A stretch of 61,367 nucleotides of DNA, filler included, from an uncultured Thermoplasmatales archaeon (lineage in GTDB: Archaea; Thermoplasmatota; E2; DHVEG-1), in the NCBI GenBank assembly GCA_964517155.1. It is 5 parts of 5 records of this genome, joined end to end, with 100 filler letters (N's around TTAATTAATTAA, not from the genome) between each part and the next. Parts side by side here need not be neighbours in the genome. Positions count along the whole stretch, not along the records: positions 1 to 25,883 come from CAZFAZ010000052.1; positions 25,984 to 35,494 come from CAZFAZ010000054.1; 3 more parts are not named here. The stretch is one strand, 5' to 3'. Under the pieces are notes generated by a model. That model did not search any database and was not told the DNA's origin. It was given only the letters and a program-made list of their open reading frames with translations. Within the stretch, counting starts at the first letter, position 1. Each line of letters opens with the position of its first letter. Below are positions 20,073 to 30,167 of this stretch, piece after piece. The position numbers and the translations under genes are program-made.

Positions 20073-20146
20073 CGGACCCAGAGGGATTCGAACCCTCGTT
20101 ACCGGCTCCGAAGGCCGGTAGGATATCCAGACTACCTCATGGGCCC
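20073..20146 (-). tRNA. tRNA-Arg(TCG)
   Basis: GGGCCCA/TGGGTCC acceptor stem, CCGGC-CTTCGGA-GCCGG anticodon arm, GGTTCGAATCC T arm; CCA not encoded. Confidence 0.97.
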
Positions 20147-20441
20147 CCTTTGTTTTTTTCAGACAATTAAAAAAGAAGTTATAAACTTGTCTACAAATCT
20201 ACTTTTAAAATAAAATAAAATATTTGCAATTAAAGAAAGGTATAAATAGCATTTAAAGTATAACAAAAACTAGTTGGATGAGATGCGCATAAAATTTGTT
20301 TACCACTTATAACATCTTATTAAAAAACTTCAAAAAGGTAAACAAAAAAAATCAAATATTTAATTTGGAACGGGATGTGGATGCAGGATAAGACTAAACT
20401 GGAAAGCAGACATATTTTTAATAATTCTAGGAGGGGCTTTC

Positions 20442-23258
20442 TTGAGTAAAAATAAAAAATACAACAATGTATGTGAAGTAGAACGATTAGTTGATGAAAT
20501 AATTTTAAAAAACAAAGAAAAACTAGAAAAAACCTATCTAAACTCAATAAACTCAGATGACATATCTCCTAAAAACATCAAAAACAACGGCTTTTTTTAT
20601 ATTAAAAAAGATGAAAAACACAAACACAACAAACAAGATGATCTAAGCAATACAATCATTTCGCAAGCACGAGACAACCTTGGAGAAAAACCGCTAGAAA
20701 AAAAATATGAAAAAAAAATTCCTAAACTGCAGATAAAAAAAGAAAAAACTGATGATGAAAAAGCTAAAATACGATTTAGACTAGGCAAAAAAAGCAAAAA
20801 CTATGAAAATCAAGATAAACTGCAAAAGGCAGAAGACCTTCTAACTTCTGATGATTTTAACAAGGTTGTATCTGAAATTGAAAAAGAATCTTCACTTGAA
20901 TACAAACAAGATAAAGATGAAGAATCAAAATTTTTAGATAAAAAAATAAAAAATGAAGAACAAAAACAGCATGAAATTGAACTCTCAAACAATGCTGAAA
21001 AAAGCGCTTCAGATCTTGCAAAAAAACATGGATTTTTTGATACGAATGCTAAAAATGATGCTGTAAAAACCCAGAAAACACAAACATCTTCTTTAGAAGA
21101 AGATACAGGTTTTTCGGAAGATGAAAACTATGAAGCAAAAAGCTTAGATCAAAACATTGAAAAAACATATGCTGGAAAAACTGGCTCAGATACTTATAAC
21201 CAAAGCCAAACATTTGATTTTAAACCTAAGAAAAAATCGTTTTTTAAGAAAAAAAATTCTAACAAACAAACTGAGTATATTAACGATTACACAAAAGAAG
21301 AATCTTCTGATGTTACACCTGTTTTTAAACCTCGTTTTAAAGTTGAAAATATTCCTAATCTCAAAGATGATGAAAAAATTATAATTGAGGAAGGCATCAA
21401 AAAAAATACTGGTAATATTTCTGAAAAAAATGATTTTGATAAAGTTGAACAAAAAGCACATAAACTTTTTGAGGAGCATGTAAAGGATTTAAATGTCAAA
21501 AATTTTGAAAAACAGGATGAAGAATATACAAAAAAAGATATTTCCCTTGAGGTATCAGATTCTAAAAATGAACATGTATTTTTTGATGAAAATATAGATA
21601 ATTCTGATTTTAATGGATGGAGTCCACATTTAACTGAGAAAGAACGCAAAGAGCTTAAAGATTTAGCCGGTGAAATTGACAGCGCACCCCTGAGAGAAAT
21701 TAACGATATTGAGCTTCCAAAAGAAGTTCTAAGTGTTAAATCTGTGAAGCTTTCAGAGTTAGGTTTTTCTGAAAATGAATGGGAAGAACTTGATTTTTAC
21801 CCGTTAGTTGAACCCTACGCTTATGTTGAATTGCTTCGTGAGAAAGAAACACTTGAAAAATGTTATTTTTTAGTTGAAGCAGAATTATCCCAAGAAGAGC
21901 AGCAAACAATGGATTTTATAAATGATACAATTAGTAATATAGCAATTGATACAGAAGATTTTGAAGCCAAAGGCGATGATGAATATCTTGCTGAAAATAT
22001 AAATAAAGTTATAAAAGAATATAATCTTAAAATCAATAGTGAGTCGTTTCATAAAATATTATATTATCTTTCTAAAGCCTCACTTGGCTTAGGCAAAATC
22101 GATCCTTTAATGAAAGATCCTAATATTGAGGATATCAGCTGTGATGGACCGGGGGCTCCATTATTCTTATATCACCGTCAATTTGGCTCTCTTAAAAGTA
22201 ATATCCAATTTGATACAGCAGATGATTTAAACTCTTTTGTTTACAGGCTTGCTCAGAAATGCGGTAAGCATATTAGTATCGCAGAGCCGATGCTAGATGC
22301 AACAATGCCTGACGGCTCGCGTATCCAAATGACGCTAAGCGATGAAATTACTGCAAAAGGCAGTACTTTTACAATTCGTAAATTCCGTGCCGATCCATTT
22401 TCACCCCCAGATCTTGTTGAGTTTAATACTATGAGCTCTGAGATGATTGCATATATGTGGATGGCAGTTGAAAACGGTATAAATATGCTTTTTGCAGGTG
22501 GTACTGCAAGTGGTAAAACAACTAGTCTTAATGCATTATCCTTGTTTATTCCGCCTGAGGCAAAAGTTGTAAGTATTGAGGAAACCCGTGAGATAAATCT
22601 GCCTCATACAAACTGGATTCCTGGTGTTGCTCGTACAGGTTTTGGACAAGTTGTAGCAGATAAAGCAGTAGGCGAAATCGACCTTTATGATTTAATGAAG
22701 GCTGCTCTTCGTCAGAGACCTGAATATATACTTGTTGGTGAAATACGCGGTCGTGAAGCATATGTTTTGTTTCAAGCTATGGCTACCGGTCATGCAACAT
22801 ATAGTACCGTGCATGCAGATAGCGCCCATTCACTTATACATAGATTAGAAGGTAAACCAATTAACATTCCTCGTGTAATGCTACAATCCCTTGATGTAGT
22901 ATCCCTTCATGTAATAACTCGTGTTAAAGGCAAACGTGCCCGTCGCTGCAAACAGGTTATTGAAATTATTGATATCGATCCTACGACTAAAGAAATTTTA
23001 ACCAATGAAGTATTCCGCTGGGATCCTGTTGAAGATAAATTTACTTATTCTGGTAAAAGCTATGTTTTAGAAAGAATTCGTGCTGAAAAAGACATGAATC
23101 GCGAAGATATGACTCAAGAGATAAAAAGGCGAAAAGCAATAGTTGATCTTATGAACAAAGGAAATATTAGATCATTTAGAGAGGTTGCTCGTTTAGTCTC
23201 ACGATATTGTGAAAGCCCTGATCAAACCTTAAAAGAGTTGGAGAAGGTTGTTAAATAG
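20442..23258 (+). CDS. Type II/IV secretion (pilus assembly) ATPase, FlaI/VirB11 family, with ~430-aa charged N-terminal extension
   Basis: DPNIEDISCDG, GGTASGKT, SIEETREI, LRQRPEYILVGEIRG, MATGH. Confidence 0.93.
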   Translation: MSKNKKYNNVCEVERLVDEIILKNKEKLEKTYLNSINSDDISPKNIKNNGFFYIKKDEKHKHNKQDDLSNTIISQARDNLGEKPLEKKYEKKIPKLQIKKEKTDDEKAKIRFRLGKKSKNYENQDKLQKAEDLLTSDDFNKVVSEIEKESSLEYKQDKDEESKFLDKKIKNEEQKQHEIELSNNAEKSASDLAKKHGFFDTNAKNDAVKTQKTQTSSLEEDTGFSEDENYEAKSLDQNIEKTYAGKTGSDTYNQSQTFDFKPKKKSFFKKKNSNKQTEYINDYTKEESSDVTPVFKPRFKVENIPNLKDDEKIIIEEGIKKNTGNISEKNDFDKVEQKAHKLFEEHVKDLNVKNFEKQDEEYTKKDISLEVSDSKNEHVFFDENIDNSDFNGWSPHLTEKERKELKDLAGEIDSAPLREINDIELPKEVLSVKSVKLSELGFSENEWEELDFYPLVEPYAYVELLREKETLEKCYFLVEAELSQEEQQTMDFINDTISNIAIDTEDFEAKGDDEYLAENINKVIKEYNLKINSESFHKILYYLSKASLGLGKIDPLMKDPNIEDISCDGPGAPLFLYHRQFGSLKSNIQFDTADDLNSFVYRLAQKCGKHISIAEPMLDATMPDGSRIQMTLSDEITAKGSTFTIRKFRADPFSPPDLVEFNTMSSEMIAYMWMAVENGINMLFAGGTASGKTTSLNALSLFIPPEAKVVSIEETREINLPHTNWIPGVARTGFGQVVADKAVGEIDLYDLMKAALRQRPEYILVGEIRGREAYVLFQAMATGHATYSTVHADSAHSLIHRLEGKPINIPRVMLQSLDVVSLHVITRVKGKRARRCKQVIEIIDIDPTTKEILTNEVFRWDPVEDKFTYSGKSYVLERIRAEKDMNREDMTQEIKRRKAIVDLMNKGNIRSFREVARLVSRYCESPDQTLKELEKVVK

Positions 23259-23260
23259 AA

Positions 23261-25168
23261 ATGAATAAAAAAGTAGCTATCTGCCCAGGTTGTCATACAA
23301 AAATAGAGCTTCAGGGTGAACCAGGTGAAAAAGTAAAAGTTGAATGTCCTAAATGCGGTAGAGTAGGTAATGTTTCTTTTAAAGAAGAACTTGAGCAGCT
23401 TGATTTTTATCCTTTAAATGAGCCTTATGCATATGCAAAAATTTTAAAAAATACTGATACTCTTGAAAAATATTACAAAGTAATAGAGCCATATCTTTCT
23501 AACGAAGAGCAAGAAAAACTAAATTTTATCTGGGAAACACTAATGAAGACTTTTAATCTGAGACTTGATGAGCTTGACAGGAAAAAAATTGAAGTTTATC
23601 TTCATGAGCAGGTTGAACAAGTTATCAGCAGTTATGAACTTAAAGTTGATGCGGTTACTAAGAAAAAAATTCTTTATTATATACGACGTGAATCTCTGGG
23701 TTATGGAAAAATCGATCCTTTAATGCGTGATCCTAATATTGAAGATATCAGCTGTGATGGAGCAAATGTTCCAATATTTTTATATCATCGTAAATATGGT
23801 TCTTTGAGAAGCAATGTTATTTTTCATGATGAAGAGGAGCTTTCTTATTTTGTTATACGTCTTGCTCAGAAATGCGGTAAGCATATTAGTATCGCAGAGC
23901 CGATGCTAGATGCAACTATACCGGATGGCTCGCGTATTCAAATGACACTTGGTACCGAGGTTACTACAAAAGGAAGTACTTTTACTATTCGTAAATTCCG
24001 TGCTGACCCTTTCACACCTCCAGATCTTATTGCATTAAACACTGTTTCTTCTGAGATTATGGCTTATTTCTGGCTTGCAGTAGAAAACCGTGTTAATGCA
24101 CTTATTGCAGGTGGTACAGCTAGTGGTAAGACTACTATTTTGAATGCTTTAAGTTTATTTATCCCAAGAGATGCAAAAATTGTAAGTATTGAGGAAACCC
24201 GTGAGATAAATCTGCCTCATCCTAATTGGATTCCTGGTGTTGCACGCAGTGGTTTTGGTGAAATTGTTCAGGATAGAATGGTCGGCGAAATCGATCTTTA
24301 TGATTTAATGAAGGCTGCTCTTCGTCAAAGACCTGAATATATACTTGTTGGTGAAATACGTGGTAAAGAAGCATATGTTTTGTTTCAAGCTATGGCTACA
24401 GGTCATGCAACATATAGTACTGTGCATGCAGATAGTGCAAAATCCTTAATTCATCGTCTTGAAGGCAAACCAATTGAGATTCCTAGAGTAATGCTTCAAT
24501 CCCTTGACGTAGTATCTATTCATTTTACAACAAGGGTTAAAGGAAAAAGAGTGCGCCGTTGCAAGCAGATTATTGAAATTATTGATATCGATCCTACAAC
24601 TAAAGAAATTTTAACCAATGAAGTATTCCGCTGGGATCCAATTGAAGATAAATTCATTTATACAGGTAAAAGCTATGTTTTAGAAGGAATTAGAGCTAAA
24701 TGGGATATGTCTAAAGAACAAATTACTCAGGAGATAAGACAGAGAACCGAGATTTTAGAATGGATGCAAAAAAACGATGTAAGAACATTTAAAGAAGTTG
24801 CAAAAGTTGTATCAAGATATGCAGAAAATTCCGTTGATTTCTTAAAAAAGATGAAAGATGCAAAGAAAAAAAATGACAAAGGAAACAAAGCAAAAAAATC
24901 AAAATCTGAGGAGATCGATAAATCTTTTGATGAAACAGCAGATGTTTTACAGGATACTAAAGGATCTGTTGATATTGAGCATTCAACATCAGATGCCGAT
25001 GCATTTAAAGATGTATCTTCAATAACTTCAGATATCTCAAAATTATTAATTGATAAAGGATTTAAATCAATTGAAGATTTGAAAAATAGTTCTGTTAAAG
25101 AATTAACTAAAATAAAAGGTATAGATAAAAAAACAGCTAAGAATATACTAAAAGAAATTAAAAAATAG
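23261..25168 (+). CDS. Second pilus assembly ATPase with N-terminal zinc ribbon and C-terminal helix-hairpin-helix domain
   Basis: Same ATPase motifs; CPGC...CPKC; GFKSIEDL...ELTKIKGIDKKTAKNI. Confidence 0.93.
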   Translation: MNKKVAICPGCHTKIELQGEPGEKVKVECPKCGRVGNVSFKEELEQLDFYPLNEPYAYAKILKNTDTLEKYYKVIEPYLSNEEQEKLNFIWETLMKTFNLRLDELDRKKIEVYLHEQVEQVISSYELKVDAVTKKKILYYIRRESLGYGKIDPLMRDPNIEDISCDGANVPIFLYHRKYGSLRSNVIFHDEEELSYFVIRLAQKCGKHISIAEPMLDATIPDGSRIQMTLGTEVTTKGSTFTIRKFRADPFTPPDLIALNTVSSEIMAYFWLAVENRVNALIAGGTASGKTTILNALSLFIPRDAKIVSIEETREINLPHPNWIPGVARSGFGEIVQDRMVGEIDLYDLMKAALRQRPEYILVGEIRGKEAYVLFQAMATGHATYSTVHADSAKSLIHRLEGKPIEIPRVMLQSLDVVSIHFTTRVKGKRVRRCKQIIEIIDIDPTTKEILTNEVFRWDPIEDKFIYTGKSYVLEGIRAKWDMSKEQITQEIRQRTEILEWMQKNDVRTFKEVAKVVSRYAENSVDFLKKMKDAKKKNDKGNKAKKSKSEEIDKSFDETADVLQDTKGSVDIEHSTSDADAFKDVSSITSDISKLLIDKGFKSIEDLKNSSVKELTKIKGIDKKTAKNILKEIKK

Positions 25169-25193
25169 TAATTAAAGGTGGTGAATAGGAGAG

Positions 25194-25883
25194 ATGCCTC
25201 TTAATAATTATCAGAAGATGTGTTATCGATGGTTTGGTAATACTGCAGAAAATATTGCAAGCGATAAAATTAAGCTTGATCTGGAAAAGTCACATATGGA
25301 TATCAGACCTGGTGCTTATCTTTCGTATGTATGGATGAATACTATTTTAGCTGCTGTTATCTCTTCAGTTTTTTACGTGATTTTAGTAGTTTTTTTAAAT
25401 CCTCATTTTATTTTTATTATGCTGCTGGTATTAATTCCTGTTATGACTACTGTTTTTGCATATCTTTATTTTATGAGTTACCCTCATGGAAAAGCAAAAT
25501 CTAGGGGTAAAAAAATCGATATGCATCTTCCTTATGCACTTAATTTTATATCTGCAATGAGCTCAGCAGGAATTACTCCTACTGAGATTTTTAAAAGTCT
25601 TTCTAAACAAAAAATTTATGGTGAAATCCGCGAGGAGGCTTTATGGATATATAGAGATGTTGGGCTTCTCGGAAGAGATATCATTTCTGCAATTAAAGCA
25701 AATATACATAGGACTCCATCTGAAAAATTCAAAGAGTTTTTACAAGGAGCAATTGTAACTGTTCAATCCGGTGGTGCATTAAAACCATATTTTATGAGTA
25801 AAGCAGATCAATATACACGTGAGAATCGTGTTGCTCAAAGACAACTTATTGAAAGCCTTGGAATAATGGCTGAGGCATATGTT
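25194..25883 (+). CDS. TadC/FlaJ-like T2SSF membrane platform protein (3'-truncated by gap)
   Basis: Two TM helices, IDMHLPYALNFISAMSSAG, RTPSEKFKEFLQG. Confidence 0.9.
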
Positions 25884-25983
25884 NNNNNNNNNNNNNNNNN
25901 NNNNNNNNNNNNNNNNNNNNNNNNNNNTTAATTAATTAANNNNNNNNNNNNNNNNNNNNNNNNNNNNNNNNNNNNNNNNNNNN
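25884..25983. other. Artificial contig spacer
   Basis: N44-TTAATTAATTAA-N44. Confidence 0.99.
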
Positions 25984-26071
25984 GGCTGAAAGCCCTGGTC
26001 TAAAACAAGGTTCAACTTTTTATTTTACGATACCACTCAAAAAAGAAAAAATAGTTGTTCCTGAAAGTTAG
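25984..26071 (+). CDS. 3' fragment of a sensor histidine kinase (HATPase_c end)
   Basis: AESPGLKQGSTFYFTIPLKKEKIVVPES stop. Confidence 0.75.
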
Positions 26072-26108
26072 GTTAAATTTAAATAATTTTCATATGCTTC
26101 GTTTTTTC

Positions 26109-26669
26109 ATGATTTTATTAATGATTATTACCTGTGTTGTTCTAATTTTATTGTCATTAATTACAATTTTTATTGTAAGTTATAACAAGTTTCAAAGATT
26201 AGATAACGGTGCAGAAGCAAGTCTTAGCCAGATAAAAGTTGCTCTTAAAAAAAGACTTGATATGATTTCTCAACTTGCAGAAGTTGTCAAAGGTTATGCT
26301 AAGTTTGAAAGAAATGTAATGGAAAATATTACTAAAATGAGAAGTCTTGTTGGACAAGATATTGCAACTGGGGAAATAGATAAAATAAATGGTGAATCAA
26401 AAGGCATTCTTGAAAAAATTCTTGCAGTTGTTGAAAATTACCCGGATCTTAAGGCTTCTAAAAATTTTACTGATTTAATGGATGCAATAAAAGATGTGGA
26501 AGGGGAGATATCTAGACAGAGGTATACTTATAACAATATTGTTCAGGAATATAATACACGTTTAGGCGTTATTCCCTCCAATATTATTGGAAAAATTTTA
26601 TCTTATAAAAAGTTAGAATATCTTAAGTTTGAGGAAAAAGCCGAGCATAAACCTGATTTGGGGTTGTAA
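26109..26669 (+). CDS. lemA: LemA family protein
   Basis: N-terminal TM, YNKF, LKKRLDMI, ENYPDLKASKNF, RYTYN; start approximate. Confidence 0.93.
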   Translation: MILLMIITCVVLILLSLITIFIVSYNKFQRLDNGAEASLSQIKVALKKRLDMISQLAEVVKGYAKFERNVMENITKMRSLVGQDIATGEIDKINGESKGILEKILAVVENYPDLKASKNFTDLMDAIKDVEGEISRQRYTYNNIVQEYNTRLGVIPSNIIGKILSYKKLEYLKFEEKAEHKPDLGL

Positions 26670-26671
26670 CA

Positions 26672-28453
26672 GTGACTGAAAAAAAATTATTGACAATAAT
26701 ATTGGTTTTTGTGACAGTATTTGCAATCTTTGGATTTGCAGCTGCTGGTTTTTTTCAAAATTCAGGAGATTTGTTTGTAGAAAATTATATTGTTGAGCTG
26801 TTTTCAGATGGTAAGATTACTGAATCATATGAGTATAATGTTGGTGTTTCAGGTGAATACAGAATGCTTTATAGATATTGGAAAGAACCCGTAATCTATG
26901 ATTCAAGTTATTATCAGCCACATATAAAAGTGCTAAATGTTAGTTGTCCATACAATGCTTATGTAAAAGATTTTAAAGGAGATGCAGAGATATTAAATGG
27001 TAGTATCTATTATGAATCTACTGTTGAATATATGGCTTTTAATAACGAGATAGGATGTTATAATCCTAACTATTTTTCAAAAGGAAAATACGAAATAAAA
27101 ATTGATTATGAACTTTATCCACTGGTAAAATATGATGATGAATATTACCATATAAGCATAAAACTTGCAGATGACCATATTCCTTATAAAAATGTCAGAA
27201 TTATAATCTACGATCCTGAAAAGGATATAGTTAAACTTTACACACATCCGCATATGGATGTTACTAAAAGTTACAATCAGTACGTTATTACTGGTTCAAG
27301 CCCTAGTAACAGTCTAATAGAATTTGAAATTGTCTCAAAAAATATAGAATATGGTCATCAAACATATGAAGAAAACATATTAGAAAAAACAATAAATGCA
27401 AATAATAATTATGATTTAGGTTATCTAATATTTACTTTTCTAAACTATATGTTACTTGTTTTAACATTTGGTTTTGCAGCAATATTGCTTATCATTTATT
27501 TTTTAAAGGGCAAAGAAGAAAACTATGTTGTCCCAGAGTATCTTAGTTTTGTTCCAAAAAAAAGAAAGCCATGGCTTGTGAATTTAGTGTTTTATAAAAC
27601 AGAACATAAAATCGATGAAAATGCACTGTATGCTACTTTACTTGATTTTCATAATAGAAAAATAATTACTCTTAAAAATTATGATGGTTCATTAGAAATT
27701 AAAATCAATAAAACAAGTGAAGAATTAGATGAATATGAAAAAAGGGTGTTTTCTTTTATCCAAACATGGGGTGAAAATAACGCCTTTAATTTAGAGGCTT
27801 TTGCAGATAAAATTAAAGATAGAGATTATGACTATTCTAAAATAAATAAGATTAACAAAGAACTGAAATATCTAAGGAAAACCGCCGAATATAGTTTTTT
27901 AGAAGATTTTTTTGTAAGTGGTAAACACCATACTAAAATATTTATATTTTTAAGCATGATTTTAGTATCTGTATTGTTTTTTTCTTTTGTTAACTCAGCA
28001 AGCATATATCCAATGATTCATCAAACACTTATTTTATCCTTTATACTTTTAATTCAATCTTTTGTAGCATATTTGGCTCCACCTGCATTGTTTGGTCATT
28101 GGAAAAACGATTACTACAAAGAAAAACTTCAATGGGATTCATTTAGTAATTTTTTATCTGATATGGCTCAACTTAAAAAATATGAAATGCAGGATATTAT
28201 AATCTGGGAAGAATGGCTAGTATATGGCACTGCACTGGGCATTGGTAAAAAAGTTGCAAAAGCAATGGAAAAGTTAAACATAAATATTCACGAAGCAAAC
28301 TATGTCCCAGTTATGTATAGTTCATTTTACTCTGTTAATTATGCAATTATGTCCGCAAGACACAGCTCGGGTGGTGGATCTGGTGGTTTTAGTGGTAGAG
28401 GCGGCTTCGGTGGCGGTGGAGGTTTTGGTGGCGGAGGCGCCGGTGGAAGATAG
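26672..28453 (+). CDS. DUF2207-like membrane protein
   Basis: WEEWLVYGTALG, Gly-rich tail, adjacent to lemA. Confidence 0.85.
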   Translation: MTEKKLLTIILVFVTVFAIFGFAAAGFFQNSGDLFVENYIVELFSDGKITESYEYNVGVSGEYRMLYRYWKEPVIYDSSYYQPHIKVLNVSCPYNAYVKDFKGDAEILNGSIYYESTVEYMAFNNEIGCYNPNYFSKGKYEIKIDYELYPLVKYDDEYYHISIKLADDHIPYKNVRIIIYDPEKDIVKLYTHPHMDVTKSYNQYVITGSSPSNSLIEFEIVSKNIEYGHQTYEENILEKTINANNNYDLGYLIFTFLNYMLLVLTFGFAAILLIIYFLKGKEENYVVPEYLSFVPKKRKPWLVNLVFYKTEHKIDENALYATLLDFHNRKIITLKNYDGSLEIKINKTSEELDEYEKRVFSFIQTWGENNAFNLEAFADKIKDRDYDYSKINKINKELKYLRKTAEYSFLEDFFVSGKHHTKIFIFLSMILVSVLFFSFVNSASIYPMIHQTLILSFILLIQSFVAYLAPPALFGHWKNDYYKEKLQWDSFSNFLSDMAQLKKYEMQDIIIWEEWLVYGTALGIGKKVAKAMEKLNINIHEANYVPVMYSSFYSVNYAIMSARHSSGGGSGGFSGRGGFGGGGGFGGGGAGGR

Positions 28454-28517
28454 GAAGATAACTACTTTTTTTTAATGGCAAAAAGTTATTAATCAAAATT
28501 ATTTTTCACACATTGTT

Positions 28518-28589
28518 GCGGATATGATCTAGCGGCTATGATACAAGCTTCCCAAGCTTGTTGCTCGGGTTCGAATCCCGGTATCCGCA
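28518..28589 (+). tRNA. tRNA-Gly(CCC)
   Basis: GCGGATA/TATCCGC acceptor stem, CAAGC-TTCCCAA-GCTTG anticodon arm, GGTTCGAATCC. Confidence 0.96.
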
Positions 28590-28639
28590 TAACTTTAGAA
28601 ACGGACTATCTTTATAAACTTTCATTATATTTAGGGGTG

Positions 28640-29206
28640 ATGTTTGAGGTGAATTCATTGAGTATATACATTGCAGATAAAATAAAAGTTATAAATGAAA
28701 ATCTTAAAAAAGGCTTACAAAACAAAGATGTAGAAACTTTAGAGTTGATTAAAAACCCAATAGAACAATTACATACTCACATAAGAGATTCTATACAGGC
28801 AAGTCTAAGAGAACCTATAACTAATCTTATACGAAAACTCAAAAAGAACGAGCCGCTCTCCGGAGAAGATATCAGAGCAATTGAAAAATGGATAATAGGA
28901 GACGCACAGCATTACACAGAAATAGAAAATAATTTTCAGGATTGGATTAAAGAATGTGAAAGACTTGGCAATCTTTTAGCAGGATATGCAAATCCAGATC
29001 TAAATCAAGACGAAACACAACTGTTTAAATTAAATGCATTTTTAACAGATTTGGAATTTACAATAGATGATGTAATGCGATATATAGAATCAGTAAACAG
29101 GATAAACAGGTTTAGAGAATCACTTGGATCTGGAAATATCGGTGAAGACGAAAAGAAATGGTTAGTTGATTTAATAGAAAAACAACTTGTATCATCAGAT
29201 TTCTAA
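28640..29206 (+). CDS. Hypothetical helical protein
   Basis: Start moved downstream of the tRNA, next to GGTGA motifs. Confidence 0.75.
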   Translation: MFEVNSLSIYIADKIKVINENLKKGLQNKDVETLELIKNPIEQLHTHIRDSIQASLREPITNLIRKLKKNEPLSGEDIRAIEKWIIGDAQHYTEIENNFQDWIKECERLGNLLAGYANPDLNQDETQLFKLNAFLTDLEFTIDDVMRYIESVNRINRFRESLGSGNIGEDEKKWLVDLIEKQLVSSDF

Positions 29207-29225
29207 AAAAATTTCAGGTGAAAAA

Positions 29226-29423
29226 ATGACTGAAAAAGTAAAAATTGGGGATAGAATAGAGCTTTTAGAAATGATGGATACTATGACACGACTTGTAAAA
29301 GGGTCAAAGGGAACTATTACAAAAATAGAAGAAGACCAGGAACTTATCTGGGTAGATTGGGATAACGGCGAAAAACTAGCATTGCTGCAGGGTATTGACA
29401 AATTCAAGATTTTAAAAAAATAA
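29226..29423 (+). CDS. DUF4314-like small protein
   Basis: GDRIELLEMMD...GSKGTI...VDWDNGEKLALLQGIDKF; GGTGA RBS. Confidence 0.75.
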   Translation: MTEKVKIGDRIELLEMMDTMTRLVKGSKGTITKIEEDQELIWVDWDNGEKLALLQGIDKFKILKK

Positions 29424-29432
29424 GGGGGAATT

Positions 29433-30161
29433 TTGATTAAAAGAAATCTTTTGCTTATAAGTAACTCAACTCTACATGGTAGTGGATATCTTGATCATTG
29501 TGAAGATGAAATTAAAAAGTTTTTAGGCGATAAAAAAAGTATTTTGTTTATACCATATGCAAGACCTGGGGGTATTACTCATGATGAATACACAAAAATT
29601 GCTAAAGAAAGATTTGAGAAAATGGGAATAAAACTTTCAGGTATTCACAAGCATTCTGATGCAAAGGCTGCTGTAAAAAACGCTGAAGCAATTTTTATTG
29701 GCGGCGGAAACACATTTGTTCTTTTATCAGGATTATATAAAGCAGATATAATAAACTTAATACGTAAAAAAGTATCAGAAGGAACTCCTTATATTGGGAC
29801 TAGCGCTGGTTCAAACGTTGCAACAAAGAGCATTAAAACAACTAATGACATGCCTATAATGTATCCGCCAAGTTTTGATGCGTTAAATCTCGTGCCTTTT
29901 AACATTAATCCTCATTATCTGGATCCTGATCCAAACAGTAAACATATGGGTGAAACCCGTGAGACAAGAATAAAAGAGTTTCATTTTTATAACTCAGATT
30001 ATGTAGTAGGTCTTCGGGAAGGCGGTATACTGCATGTAAAAGATGATAAGATAACACTTAAGGGAACAACTGGCGCAAGGCTTTTTAAAAATGGTGAAGA
30101 GCCAAAAGAGTATAAACCTGGTGACTTGCTTAGTTTTATTTTAAATAAAAATGTTGAATAA
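29433..30161 (+). CDS. pepE: Dipeptidase E (peptidase S51)
   Basis: FIPYA, GGGNTF, GTSAGS, INPHY, HMGETRETRIKEF. Confidence 0.95.
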   Translation: MIKRNLLLISNSTLHGSGYLDHCEDEIKKFLGDKKSILFIPYARPGGITHDEYTKIAKERFEKMGIKLSGIHKHSDAKAAVKNAEAIFIGGGNTFVLLSGLYKADIINLIRKKVSEGTPYIGTSAGSNVATKSIKTTNDMPIMYPPSFDALNLVPFNINPHYLDPDPNSKHMGETRETRIKEFHFYNSDYVVGLREGGILHVKDDKITLKGTTGARLFKNGEEPKEYKPGDLLSFILNKNVE

Positions 30162-30167
30162 AAAACT

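Noticed and set aside
20028..20213. 61-aa ORF
   Set aside because: Antisense to tRNA-Arg.
28367..28453. GC-rich GGN repeats
   Set aside because: Normal Gly-rich tail of the DUF2207-like protein.
28538..28639. ORF extension overlapping tRNA-Gly
   Set aside because: Start-call artefact; better starts lie downstream.
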